64,000 nucleotides of DNA, from NCBI RefSeq assembly GCF_009914755.1, contig NC_060932.1; one strand, 5' to 3'. The translations under genes were made by a program, and so were the position numbers. This stretch comes from the human T2T-CHM13v2.0 reference genome, Homo sapiens. The notes beneath the pieces were generated by a model that made no database searches, was not told where the DNA came from, and worked only from the letters and a program-made list of their open reading frames with translations. This document shows positions 1-14,717 of the stretch, one piece after another; within the stretch, counting starts at the first letter, position 1, and every line of letters begins with the position of its first letter.

Positions 1-270
1 GCCCACATCCAGTGATTGTCCATGGGAGGCTACCGAGTATAGCACCTCTACCTCAATTCAGGACATCCCTGAATGGCCACCCCAGCCCCAGAGCTCTTTT
101 TGGGTGCTGCTGAGGCCTCTGTTACAGCCCCATTACTGCTCAACTTATTTTTCTGTTTAGTTCTGTGTCTCTTGCTTTGTTTCAATCTTCTTCCTGAGGG
201 TATACCTCGAAAATTGTCTTCCTGGAAACCTCTGTCCCAGTGTAGCTTCCCAGGGACACTGAGCTGTGAT
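1..270 (+). mobile_element. ERVL LTR16-family solo LTR, 3' part
   Basis: ctcaattcaggacatccctgaatggccaccccagccccagagctc...gctgaggcctctgtt and terminal agcttcccagggacactgagctgtga resemble the LTR16 consensus. Confidence 0.7.
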
Positions 271-279
271 CCTCAGTAG

Positions 280-901
280 CTTTGAGGTGGTTGATCATTT
301 CCACTTCACTGACACACTGGCTTCCTGTGATCCCTCCAAGTAGACAAGGCATCTCTTTCTCGGTTTCCTTTGCTGGTTCCTTTTCTTCACCACAAATTTT
401 GATATTGTAGTGACTTGGAATCACAGTCCTGACACTCTCCTCCATCTACATTCCATTCTTGGTGATCTCATTCACTTTTAAGGTTTTAAAAATCATTCAT
501 ATGCTGAGAAACTTTTAATGGTTATTTCCAACCCTCCCCTCTTCCCTCACAGTGAAATTGCTCTTCCCACAGCCTCCCCCATCTCAACTGGTGAAAAATC
601 CAGTTTCTTAAGCCCCAATCCTAAAGTCGTTCCTGACTCCTCTCTTTTCCTCAGACCCGACATCCAATCCAGCAAGAATTCCTGTTGGCTCCACCATCAT
701 ATTACATCAAGATTTCAGCCACTTCTCATACCTCTGTTCAGAGCCGCCATCACCTCTGTCCTGGATTTCTAAAAGAGCCTCCTAACAGCTTTCTGTAGCC
801 TCCTTACAGGCTTTTTTTTTTTTTCAACATAGCAGCCAGAGTTATTCTTTTAAAACATAAGTCATATTGGGTCATTTATCTGCTCAAAACACTGCAATGG
901 C
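280..901 (+). mobile_element. L2 LINE fragment (resumes at ~1631-1990)
   Basis: L2-like motifs ctcctctcttttcctcagacccgacatccaatcc and agcagccagagttattcttttaaaacataagtca; L2 tail caataaatggtaaatgggtgaatgaa near 1960. Confidence 0.75.
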
Positions 902-949
902 CAAAGTAAGCATTCAGTAGAAAACAATTGCCTGCCTACTTCCCCTGTC

Positions 950-1241
950 TTTTTTTTTTTTTTTTGAGTGTCGCTCTGTCACCCAGGCTGGAGTGCAGTG
1001 GCATGATCTTGGCTCACTGCAACCTCTACCTCCCAGGTTCAAGCAATTCTCTGCCTCAGCCTCCCAAGTAGCTGGGATTAACAGGTGCCCACCACCACGC
1101 CCAGCTAATTTTTTTGTATCTTTAATACAGATGGGGTTTCACCATCTTGGCCAGCCTGGTCTTGAACTCCTGACCTTGTGATCCACCTACCTTGGCCTCC
1201 CAAAGTGCTGGGATTACAGGCGTGAGCCACCACACCTGGAC
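950..1241 (-). mobile_element. AluS (Sg-like)
   Basis: Full dimeric Alu with poly-T at left; degenerate TSD acttcccc..tcttt. Confidence 0.95.
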
Positions 1242-2360
1242 AACTTCCCCCATCTTTACAATCAGGGAATTGGAATCCTTCTCCTGATTGAGGCCACTGA
1301 TTGGCTTCTGCTGCCAGCCTGTGTAGGCAATGAGCAGACTGGAGTGTCCTACCAGTTACTCTGTTTGCCCAAATGTTCCAGCATTGCTGCACAGGGCAGA
1401 GGCACAAAAAGATGCACAGTAAAGTCAGCCTGAGAAAGCGGTGAAGGGATTGAGGTCAAAGAAGGAATGGACCTTATTTTTTATCTCTGGATAAAAGCAT
1501 CTATGTTAATTATAGCCCTTTGGAACCCACAAATACTTCTTGTTTGAAGTCAAGTTCTGTTCAGCTACTCTTGTGCTGTAATTCAAGTTTTTCTTTTAAG
1601 TTTATGTCTAGAAAGAAAAAAATAATAAAACCACTGCAATGGCTCCCCATTTTTCTTTCTCTTAATATCTCTTGCTCTCTCTTTTGCTAAAAGGCAAATT
1701 TCTTACAATGGTCTATTAGATTCAACATGAATTTCCCTCCATACCCCAATACTTCGTTGTATCTCTGACTTCCTCTCTTACTAATCCTCAACCTCCATTT
1801 GGCCACTTTGGACCCCTTATTGTTTTGCTTTCCTTTCTAGTGCAGCTAACTCTGCTACAGTTTAATTTCCACCAAACCAGGAATCTTGGGCTACTTATTT
1901 ACCAGTAGAGTCTAAGCACCTAGAAAAGTTCTTGGCACATGGCATTAATCCAATCAATAAATGGTAAATGGGTGAATGAAGCAATTAATGAATGGGTGAA
2001 TGAGACAAAGTTATGAATTTCTGATGACACTTTTGCATACCTGTAAAGCTCAAGAGACTATTTATGGCACATACACCACCAGAATTAGTAAGTTTTGATT
2101 TGATGAGTTGGCTGGCTAAAAATATCAAAATTTTTTTATCCATTAAAAATATAATGGGCTAGAAATGAAAATGAAGGAATTGTGACAAAAGCAATAAAAT
2201 ACTTTAGAAATAAAATTACCAGAATGTATCAGACATATATGAAGAAACTATAAAAATCTGACTGAAGCCATAATATTTTATCTGAGTTAATGGAAAGAGA
2301 AACTGTGCTCCCAGTTGGAAATATTGAATATCATAGAAAAGGTTAGCTCTTCAAAGTTGA

Positions 2361-2365
<5 letters not shown>

Positions 2366-2398
<33 letters not shown>
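2366..2398. repeat. (TA)n microsatellite
   Basis: About 16 perfect TA units. Confidence 0.98.
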
Positions 2399-2401
<3 letters not shown>

Positions 2402-2614
2402 GAATATTAATTAGAATGCTTTTTTTGAAATTGCATAAAATAATTTCAAAGTTTATACAAAAGAATACAGCCTGAAACTGATGAGTGTTCTCAAAAGAAA
2501 ATTGGTGAAGGGAAGTGTTTCATGGAATATGAACCATGCAAAAAAGCCTCTTCAGCTCAAATAGTATAATATGTGAATGGGAATAAATAAATCCATAAGT
2601 AAAGTGAGACACAG

Positions 2615-3034
2615 TGATACAGTTTGGATGTGTGTCCCTGCCCAAATCTCCTGTAGAATTGTACTTCCCATTGTTGGAGGTGGGGCCCGGTGGGAGGTGA
2701 CTGTACCATGTGGGTGGATTTCTCATGAATGGTTTAACACCAGCGTCTTGGTGCTGTCATCACCAGAATGAGTGAGTTCTCATGAGATCTGGTTGTTTCA
2801 AACTATTTGGCACCTCCCCCATCTCTCTCTCCTGCTCCTGCTCTTGCCACATACAAACTCCCACTTCTCCTTTCACCATGATTGTAAACTTCCAGAAGAC
2901 TCCCTAGAAACAGATACCATTGCTATGCTTCCTGTACAACCTGCAGGACTGTGAGCCAATTAAACATCTTTTCTTTACAAAAGTTACTCAGTCTCAGGTA
3001 TTTCTTTAAACCAATGCAAGAAGAACCTAATACA
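2615..3034 (+). mobile_element. MaLR solo LTR (MSTA/MSTB-like)
   Basis: tgatacagtttggatgtgtgtccc...ctaataca with TG..CA ends; 5-bp TSD cacag/catag. Confidence 0.92.
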
Positions 3035-3934
3035 CATAGATTCCAAGAAGAAATCCCATTAAAAAAGGGAATGTATAGATGATAAAGGTGATTTCTACAG
3101 TAAAGGGAATGAAAGTAGGTTTATTTTATAAAGAGTTCTGGTACAACTGGCTGTTCATGCAAAAGAAGATAGACCTAGATCTCCTTTAAATGATAAAATA
3201 GCAGTGGATTAAAGTTTTAACTATAAAAGAAATCAAACAATAAAAATCTTGGCAAGTTTCAATAAAACCATTAATAGAAGAGGAAATTTTTTTAAACTAG
3301 AACAGGAAACAAAACAGCTACAAAAAATAAATCCTAAAACTAAAAGGAGATACCAGAAATTAAGTCAAAAGAAATATTTAAAATTATTATTTCAAAATAA
3401 AATATTTGCAATATATGTGACTGAGATTATTATTGAATACAATCTTTTCAGATTGATAACTAAAAATCTCATATAAAATGGGCACTGAATATGAATAAGC
3501 AGTTCACAAAAGAACAAAACCAGTTCTAAATAACACAATTAAGAAAAGTTACTGAGCCTACCTACTAATCAGAAGAATGTAAATTAGACTACACATAATG
3601 TAACACTTTACATCAAAAATTTGACAAAAACTATAGAGAATAAGTACGCCTACTGCAGGCAGGAATGTAAGAAGAGAAAATAGAGTTAACAGTATACATC
3701 ACTGGTGGAAATGTTCATTGTTGTGTGGTTTTGAAGAATAAAATTGCAATACCTTTCTTAATGTAAGAAAAAAAATTACATTCTTTGAACCAGCAATCAC
3801 ATTTCTGAACTTCTATCCCAAATGAGTAAATATACCAGTTTAATGTCTAACTGGCAAAGAAATCAGAAGCATGGTGTTTTTTCACCGACAGGAGATTGTT
3901 GACTACCATGAGATTTAGTCCATGGGGTGAGGGA

Positions 3935-3962
3935 GTGTGTGTGTGTGTATGTGTGTGTGTGT
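3935..3962. repeat. (TG)n microsatellite
   Basis: TG run with one interruption. Confidence 0.95.
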
Positions 3963-4599
3963 ATCCTCAATATGGATTTTCTCTTTAACAATTATGAAAA
4001 TCCACCCAAGGCAGTTTATATAGATCTGACTGTGAATATCCACACACACAATTATATACATATATATGACTACATATGTAATTTTAAAGTAAAATATTGA
4101 TAATATTTTCTTAAACTCAAGTGCATGTGGAAGAAAGAAATAGAGAAAAAGAGAGTAATGTTATCTGATAATTAATGGGAAACAAGGAAAAAGAACAAGT
4201 TATCCCTGATAAAATAATACAGGGATGGTCACAAGAACCGGCAGGAATCAAAGTGATTCCTGTGAGGTTGTTTAACATGAGGTGCTTTATAAACTTTTAT
4301 TTCAGGGGGTCCTAGCTTACAAGGAAACCTTTTATGGGACAGAAAAACAATAAAACTAACACTAAAGCATTTGTTCTGGGGGAAGTAGGATTGCGTGGCC
4401 TTGGGAACACTCTACAACGTAGCCCAGGCTCAGAAGCAACTGCTAAAGTTGTTTTGCAAAAACCACAGGTTCCAAAAGCACATCATATTTAGACCATTTC
4501 TATAGAAGCCTTCCTTTTACAAAACTGTGGATCCCTTTGGTGGGCCACTGGGATCTTGAATCATGGATAAGCCAGCTTGGTGTAAAGAATCAGGATTTT

Positions 4600-4902
<303 letters not shown>

Positions 4903-5940
4903 TTATCCAAAAGAAGTGGCAACTACTGCCACTAAAGCAATGACGAGATGACTGTTCATGGTCAACACCATCAGGAATTAGCCTTTTATTAAGTTTAAGT
5001 AATACAGAGATGCAAGAATAGCCCAACAGCCAATTAATTACTCTTCTAACATTGCCATTTACAATCAAGTATAAAATATAATGTGTATGTATGTATATTA
5101 TGTATGAGGATGTAATTATATATGCATGTGTATATGCACTGCAACATTTGTTATTTTTGTATGCATTATGAGGTCAAAATAGAAAATCTAAAGAAATGAT
5201 GTATTTTGATCCACTTTAAGGACTTCATTCAGTAATTTTTATAATGATTCATCACAGTTTAATTATCTCATTATTTTCTCTTTGATGAGAGAAAACCCTG
5301 TTTTCTCCCATTGATACTGCAGTTAAAAATTAACATAAGCCCAACAAAAAGCTTAGTAGGTCACTCTTCATTACTATAGAATTTATGATAATGAACAACT
5401 GGAAGCCATCCAAACAGTAAAAAGTAGGGGACTAAATAAAGGAAATTCTAGTGCATCTCTAATTGTACCGTATGTAAGTATAAAACGGATGCTCAGAGTT
5501 AATAATGAAATGTGAATTCCCTGTACCTCACTAGAGCACATAATAGTAATATGTCAAAAGTCATTAGCTCTTGTCCCCACTTGCTCATGACATCTCATCC
5601 GGTTGTTTCGGAATGTCCCAGGAGGAATGCTTCATCTGTGTTCACTGGGAAGTCTGTCCTAAGCTCACATGTGGCATTCTCTTTCTGCTTGCTTTTCTTC
5701 TCCATGATCCCTCGCTTATGTCCACTACACGCAAAAGTCCTGCAACCAGAACTCAGCATGCCTACCCTAAATCTGGCCCCAGATAGCTGTCTTTGATTCT
5801 TCTGAAACCACAGTCCTCCTGGATACCAGGGAGGGGCAAGGAGCCCATATTTCCAACTCATCAGTGCCTCATTGTCTTTGTCTAAGAAGTGGGGGATCAT
5901 CCCCTTCATAAAGTTCCCTCATGAGAACCCCTCTTCAAAT

Positions 5941-6236
5941 TTTCTTTTTTTTTTTTAAGATGGATTCTTGCTTTGTCACCCAGGCTGGAGTGTAGTGGCA
6001 CCATCTCCACTCTGCAACCTCCGCCTCCTGGGTTCAAGTGATTCTCCTGCCTCAGGCTCCTGAGTAGCTGGGATTACAGGTGCCCACCACCATGCCCAGC
6101 TAATTTTTGTATTTTTAGTAGAGACAGAGTTTCATCATGTTGGCCAGGCTGGTCTTGAAGTCATGACCTCAGGCAATCTGCCTGCCTTGGCCTCTCAAAG
6201 TGCTGGGCTTACAGGTGTGACCCACTGCACCCTGCC
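5941..6236 (-). mobile_element. AluSx/Sz
   Basis: Full Alu; TSD cccc(t/a)cttcaaattt. Confidence 0.95.
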
Positions 6237-6674
6237 CCCACTTCAAATTTAACCAGAAGGTCTTTTCTCTCTCAAGCTCACACATAAGACCACATGGACT
6301 TATGAACCTGACAGGATTCATGCCATCTACACTCTATTTCTCCTCTTCTCAACAAAGGACTCCCTTTTATCTGCAAAGTAACACATGCAAATGTTTATCT
6401 GAGGGCTTTCTCCCCTTCTCTCAATGGATATTCCTGACCCTGCCAGTAGTCACTGGCCAAATTCAAACTATTCTACAAACACATGTGAAAATATTCCTGT
6501 GAATTACACTAAGTGAAAACAAGGTAACATATTATATATAATCGTGTGTAGAAAATTACATAGACTATGGATAGTAGTAATATTTTTCTATTTCGCATAT
6601 TTTCAAGTATCAACATAAATTAATTTAGCATAGGAGAAAAACAATAAACATGTATGAAAGATAAAAGTTGTTTA

Positions 6675-6974
<300 letters not shown>

Positions 6975-9900
6975 TTATAAATAATAAAAATGTATTATAT
7001 ATGCAGTAGATGCCTAATACACAAGTGTTGTTGCATCTAATCCTTACAATAAACCTAGAAGACAACCTGCTGTTGTTCCAGTTTTATGGATGGGCAAACT
7101 GAGGTTCAATATAATTCCCTAAGTTACATAACAAGTAATATGTATATCTGTTTTTTCTCTGAGCCCACTCCCTTTTACTGGGAACTTCTTATTCCTTCTC
7201 GTTTTGGTCAGGGGCTCAATTCTCCAATGAGATATCCCAGTAATCTCTCTCTTGGCCTCAGCTAGGCCAGGCTGGCTTTCTGATGTTTATAATACATGCA
7301 ACCAAAAAACCATACATAATACAACAGGTTAACTGGTGAGCCAGGATTAGAACCTAATCCAAACTCTCATTCTTTGTATAACCTTACACTTCCTTGCACG
7401 AGACAGGCAAATAAAGGACTCACAGACAGAGGAACAAAGGATTGTGGTCACAGGTCACAGATCCTTGGGCCAGTACCACTCCTTCAGGCCTGGAGTTTAA
7501 AATTTGATTTAGGCCTCTCATGTTTCCAAAACATTGACCTCAAAACTGGGTTCCCACCCTCAGGATTAAATTAGTTCCCAAGTTGAATTTTATGTTTCTT
7601 AGTTCTTTGCATCATCTCTGGCTCAAGGAGCTGGAGGGATGTTTTTGATTGCACAGCAAGGAATACAGCAGGGTGCTCTGAGCCTTAAAAGATGCTCTAC
7701 AATCTCCTAAGCCCTGAGGGGCTTCCCTTTGGTCTGGCATGGATCCCTACGAGGCCTGTAGCACTGAGCTATAAGCACAAGAGGAGCCCAACCCTGATCT
7801 GCTCTCTACCACTCAGCCGCTTCATCATCTGTCCTCATTTCCCAAACCCTACGGCTTCCAGATCAAGTGCCAGGAACTGGAAACCTTCATGCTGAGAAGC
7901 TGAATGGGGCAGTGAAAGCTTCAAGCATGTGGCATATTGTGCAAACATAGGTTCAAACACAGGTTCTTCCAGGGACCAGCTAGTTGACCTTGAATAAATT
8001 ACTGGCTTATTTTAGGTTTCTCCTGTAAGAAAGGGTATAGTTAAGCTGCTAAGAAAATATCAAGGACTTTCCAATGGAAGATTTCCCTCCCTTCTGCTCC
8101 TTTGTTTCTTCCTGCAATGTATTAAGTTTTCAACAAATATTTGTTGAATGAATGAACATCTCTATTTAAAACTGTCTTGCATGACAGTGTTCAGCTCTGA
8201 CTATTCTACTGAACAATATATATTTTAGAATGATATTTATTGAGCATATGCTATGTACCAAAACCTACATTATGTGCATTCTTTCTTTTCATTTCTGAGT
8301 CTCCCACATCACCTTATATAACACCTGTAGTAACGATAATAGCTAACATGTTATTGGAAGAAACCAGGATGCTAAGAGAGAAGCTACCCTTTTATAACAC
8401 AAAATAAATCAGTTAAGAAAGAGATTTTTCTCCCTTCTCCCCAGAGCCTGCACCTGGCAGAACCAGCACACCACTGGTACAGCACACCACTCACTGCAAG
8501 ACATATCCCTCCCCTGAGCCTCTGCCCCGTCATTCCATGGTGTTGCTATGAATGTTAAATGAGAAAATGCCTTCACGGTATCGACACACACTAAGTGCCC
8601 AATTAGGACTCCATTACAACCATAATTTCACCATTGTTGTATCTCTAGAATAACAATAACAAAAATCATAGCAACTAAGCAGCAATTTAATTTAGTAAAA
8701 AGCAAATCATTTTTCACTACGCTTTTGCTCATCCGTCTTATTTATTCTCCTTTCAGTTCTGACTGTTGCAGGCTAAGTGGAGGTGTGTTTACAGGATGCG
8801 AAATTATTTTTTTAAAAATATAGAAAACAGCCAACTCTTTTAATTGGCAACATAAACACTGAAAACATGGCAGCTTCGCTGGATACTTATTTTTATGAAA
8901 AGAGATCAAGAAAAGATAACCATGTCTTTGCTGAACCTATCTTGAATGGGATGGCCTCTAATGACATTCATTTCAGAAACTTAAGTTCTTAGAGTAGTCA
9001 ATCAGAAAATCTTCAGATCACTTTGTGAAGTCTTCACAGAAATTGAAACTACTATTTAGGACTCACTACTCTATGATTCATGCTGATAATGGTTTAGAGC
9101 TTATTCTCCTAAGAAAAGACTCTCTGACCTATGACAGAATTCTCTGAGATGGAAGTTGTTCTATCTACAAAATGTGCTGCAGAATTGAAACAAAACAGGT
9201 CTCTGTTTTTCCTTGCTTAATACCAGGAGGTGGTACATGCATGGAAGGTATGGGAACTCTCCTTAGCCAGATAGTAAAGGATGAAGTTATTACAGGCATA
9301 GAATTGACGGGGCACTATGCTGATCACATATCTACAACACTACGTTCAGTTCTGATTGTCACATTTGTTTTAGAAGACACACCTACAGGAGTTCATCCCG
9401 TGGAGAGTCACTATAATGTTCTGGGGGTTTAAATGCCTGCTGTAAGAGGAACACTGAAAGCAAAACTAAGTAACACAAAGAAAAGGGTCTGGAGAATTTC
9501 ATCTCTAAAATATCTCAAGCTTGTTATTGTCAGAGCAATGTGTTTGTTCTAGGTGTACCTAGTTGTAGGTTAAGGGTAAGTAGGTAGAATTATGAAGGAA
9601 GAAACTTGCATCAGTCTAAGGCAGGTATTTCCTATCTCACAGTTGCCCAAGAACATGTTGGGCTGATTCAAGAAGTGAGCCCCACCAATGCGGGTGCTCA
9701 AATACAGTTTGCAAGTACATACCAATGGAGAAGAGGGGATTCAGACACTTCTTTAGGATCTTTAAGTTCTTTTCCATTTCTTAACTTTGGTGAGCCTATA
9801 AAAGCCACTCACTCCTCCCCATCTCCAACCTAGGGGTGAAGTTTTGTGGTTAGATATGTCAAAGAAAGTATTTGCTTGGCTAACTTTAAGGCCACTGATA

Positions 9901-11199
9901 CAGAAAAATGATATATTAATCAGTAGATAAATGGCAAAAAAATAGATAACTAAGAGGAGAGCTAAGGATTTCAGCATCTTGGGGAACTGGTGTTATTAGC
10001 TCAGAATCCAGGAATGGCCTGTGGACATCACAGGCCATCTACAATTTCTTCAACTCTTAGAGACTTTTCCTTCCATGATCTCCTCTGTCTCTAGTTCCAG
10101 GGTCCACACCATCTCTGCTTTTGACCTCTCAAAGCCCGGATACAAAACTTGGCAAAGTTTTGCCTTCCCCCAAAGAAATCCACTGTCCCAAAGAGAACTG
10201 GTGATCAATGTAGACTTTACTAAAAGATGAGGAGATGAGAGTTAGGGGGACTTTTCTCCACAAGTCCTTCTCTGGCCACCCCACCATAGGCTGTCACTGA
10301 CCCATGCAGTCACTAGTTGCCTCCTTTCTCTTTTCTTCTTGATTTTCCCCTAGGAATTCAAACTTTTCTTTGGTTTTTATGCAAAACCACTTTCCCTTAT
10401 TGGGTAACTGACAGTAGCTAATTCCCAGAACAATACAGGGTGGTGAGTCAGGGCTGGGAACTGGACCCACCTCCTATTCTATTGATCAAAACACTTATAA
10501 AAGCATTCCTTCCCAATAAAGATAATTTTCTACTTATTAGAAGGGCTCATGAGTAAATACTTTGGCCTCCTGCTGCATATTAGTGTGTGGGTAAGAGTCA
10601 GTGTATGTGTGTGTGTTGGAGAGCTTTACTAAGATTCTTAATGAAGTGTGACACTATTTGCAAAAGATCAAGGGGAGACATTATTAACTGAACCTGAACT
10701 GGCAGCTACTGAGATGTGAGGAGATTTATTTTGTAGGTAAGCAATAATCTCTTAATAAAATTGGGAATAATGCCTGGGTGAATTGGGCAGGCTGCAGATA
10801 TGAAAGGAGAGTAAAATTAAAATGTCAAAGGAACATTGAATGGAAGGAAACAAGCATGGAGGTGGGAGGACTTGGAGAAGAATGAAGATATACAAACCCA
10901 GGACTTTGAAGATGGAAAGAAATCTGAAACTCCAAAGTGAACATGCTGTATTGGCCATTCAATAAATGAATGTTGCTTTTTGCTTTTGGAAAAAACTTTA
11001 ACACACCGAAGGATCTAGAGGAGAAACCAAGATGGTAGAGAGTTTGGAAACCTGGCCCTGGCAGGGAGATGGACACCTGGAGGATGTGGGGCTTGAAGAA
11101 GCTTGGGAGAGTGATGGTCACTGAATCCAGAGCAGAAGAGGTGATCACATAAAGGAGGATGAAGAACTGTCTGAGATTCCCAGAAGCAGTAACAAGAAA

Positions 11200-11530
11200 G
11201 AGAGGCCTCAAATTCAACATCTAAAGGGGCTGGGCCAACAATGAAGATGATAAGGTGGACCAGGTGAAGATGACCCAGAGTGTGTTGAGTGTGGCCATAT
11301 GGCTTGCTCAGACTCCAACAAAAATCAGGCAGCAGCTGCTCAAGTCCTTCCCGTTTTTCTTTTTGGGAAACCAGCCCCATGTTTAAAGATCTGATTTTTT
11401 GAGAGGAGCCAGATAAGTAAAATCTCTACTTCTGAGGCTAATAATTAATTTTAAGCATTAAAACTTTAGTCAAAAAACAAAATATTTTCAAGGGCCACAA
11501 GCATCTACTATACAAGTTTGATAGAGACTG
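11200..11530 (+). mobile_element. MER102-like hAT-Charlie non-autonomous DNA transposon
   Basis: Diverged match to recalled MER102: agaggcctcaaattcaacatctaaagggg..., agatctgattttttgagaggagccaga. Confidence 0.6.
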
Positions 11531-11682
11531 CAGAACAAAAAAACCAGATTGATGCTCAAAATTAAGGCCTGATTTTTAATTATTTGAGCTGTCCAAAAAT
11601 GGATATGGTTTTACTAGAATAGTGGAAGAGGCGTGAGCTCCCCTCTCAATCACAAAGGTACCAGACAAAAAATGATGGCAGG

Positions 11683-11984
11683 GGCCGGGAGCAGTGGCTC
11701 ACGCCTGTAATTCCAGCACTTTGGGAGGCCGAAGCAGGCGGATCACCAGATCAGGAGATTGAGACCATCCTGGCTAACACGGTGAAACCCCGTCTCTATT
11801 AAAAATACAAAAAATTAGCAGGGTGTGGTGGTGGGCACCTGAAGTCCCAGCTACTCGGGAGGCTGAGGCAGAAGAATGGCATGAATCCAGGAGGCGGAGC
11901 TTGCAGTGAGCCGAGATTACACCACTGCACTCTAGCCTGGGCGACAGAGCGAGACTCCATCTCAAAAAAAAAAAAAAAAAAAAA
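11683..11984 (+). mobile_element. AluY
   Basis: Y diagnostics, ~20-nt A tail, TSD aaaa(a/t)tg(a/t)tggcagg. Confidence 0.95.
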
Positions 11985-12049
11985 TTGTTGGCAGGTTGGA
12001 TGGAGGCTTCAGAGGATTGACTGTGTATTAGATGTCTCTTTAGCTACGC

Positions 12050-12762
<713 letters not shown>

Positions 12763-13269
12763 TTATGTAGTGGGCTCAATCATGAGTATTTTATATTTTA
12801 TAGAAGCACTTCAGGTGGTTCTGATGGGAAGACAACAGGGGAACATGTTCTATTTGATGAACACCAAGGTTCTATCTTTCCTAAGATTTCTCAGACATGG
12901 AGTAGAGACAAGACTCAAGGAACTGGAGCTGGATAATTGGAAGAATTGATCTGACATGCCCCAGACAAGTTTAGATTCCCCAGTTACATGCTTCCATTAC
13001 ATTCTACATTTTTGTAACATGCATCGCACTATACAATTTTTTATGATTTGGGTAAATGTGACAGCTATTGTGGAATTATTTTTTCAGTGTCTATGTCCTT
13101 TGCTTGAATGTAAGCTCTCTAAGAACTGGAACTGTCTTGATCCTGTGCACCAGCATGACCCACTGTTACCATCAGCCTGGAATCTCCCTCCTTCCTTCGA
13201 CATCTATGTGGCTTGTTCCCCCTTTAATTCAGGTCTCTGCTTGAATGTCCTCTCTTCAGAGATGCATTC

Positions 13270-13647
13270 TGTATTAGTCCATTTTCACATTGCTATAAAG
13301 AACTACCTGAGACTGGGTAACTTATAAAGAAAAGAGCTTTATTTGACTCACAGTTCCTCATGGCTGGGGAGGCCTCAGGAATCTTACAACCATGGTAGAT
13401 GGCAAAGAGGCAAGGTACATCTTACATCTTATATGGCAGCAGGGGAGAGAGAGCAAGCAAGTGGGGAGTTGCCACACATTTTTAAACCATCAGACCTTGT
13501 GAGAACTCCCTCACTGTTACGAGAATAGCATGAGGGTAATGATCCCCATGATCTCTCATCTCACCTCCCACCAGATCCCTCCTTCTACGTGTGGGGATTA
13601 CAATTTGAGATGAGATTTGGGTGGGGACACAGAGCCAAACCATATCA
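13270..13647 (-). mobile_element. THE1D/MSTA-like MaLR solo LTR inserted in L2
   Basis: tgtattagtccattttcacattgctataaag...gagccaaaccatatca; L2-like sequence on both flanks. Confidence 0.93.
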
Positions 13648-14312
13648 CCTTTCTTATCCATGCTTCTTAAAACAGTAGCCTCTGTTGCTCTCTATCCCTT
13701 TATCTGGCACTAACTCTGCTCACGGTATTTATCACTGACATTGTGCTATATATTTATTTGCTTGTTACTTTAATGTCTGTTTCTTCCTTAGAGTGTAAGA
13801 CATATAGCATAAAAAATTTGAATTTCCTGTTCTCTCACCTCTGAACCTAGAAAGCAATGTGGTACACCCGAGACACCAAATGGCATGTATGGATTAATAA
13901 ATGTGTGAAGACAGAGCCATGACAGGATCCAGCAAGTCCATGGAGTAGAGATGACTCCAGTTTGCACGGGGCCTGGGAAGTGTGGCTGTGTGCAGAAAAG
14001 TGCAAAAAAGTGTGGAGACATAACACCAGAGAGCTTGTATTGGGTCAGATTATGATTTGGCTGTTAAGCCAAGGTAAAGAGATTGGACATTCCTTGAGGC
14101 GCTAGGAAGCCAGGAACAGCTTGATTGATCTTGAGTCTTTGGAAAGATTATTCTGGAAAACAAGACGAGGGTTCTTAGCATATGTCTTTGGCGAAGTTAT
14201 CATCCCATGAATTAGTAAACAGGCCTCTGAATGCTAGGAAATGGGATTCAACATTTTTCTTAGAGGAGACGACAGTTTTTGTTTGGTATTTTCTAGCACT
14301 ATGAAGGCCCAT

Positions 14313-14717
14313 TGTCTTAGTCCTTTCATGTTGCAATATCAAAATACCCAAGAGTAGATAATTTGTAAAAAGTAGATATTTATTTCTCATTGTTCTGGAG
14401 ACTGAGAAGTGAAAATTTAAGGTGCTGGCAGGTTCAGTGTCTGGTGAGGGCCTGTTCTCCACTTCCAGGGTGGTGTCCTATTATGTTGCTGCATCCTCTG
14501 GTAAGATAAATGCTGTGACCTCACAAGGCAGAATGGATTAACAGGCAAAAGGGCCTAGCTAGCTCCTTGCAGCCCTTACATAATGCACTGATCTCATTCT
14601 TCGGGTGGAGCTCTTGTGGCTCAATCACCTTCTAAAAGCCCCATCTCAATACTGCTGCATTGAGGATTAAGTTTCAACAAAAATTTTGGAGGAAACACAG
14701 ACATAAAAACCATAGCG
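14313..14717 (-). mobile_element. MaLR solo LTR (MLT1A/MSTC-like)
   Basis: tgtcttagtcc...ggttcagtgtctggtgagggcc...aaccatagcg; perfect TSD cccat. Confidence 0.9.

Larger units (their letters stand above)
2030..3900 (+). mobile_element. Old L1M ORF2/3' remnant, interrupted by a (TA)n and a MaLR LTR
   Basis: A-rich decayed L1 ORF2-like tracts (aaatactttagaaataaaattaccagaatg...gaagaaactataaaa; ctggtacaactggctgttcatgcaaaa; tttgaaccagcaatcacatttct). Confidence 0.75.
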
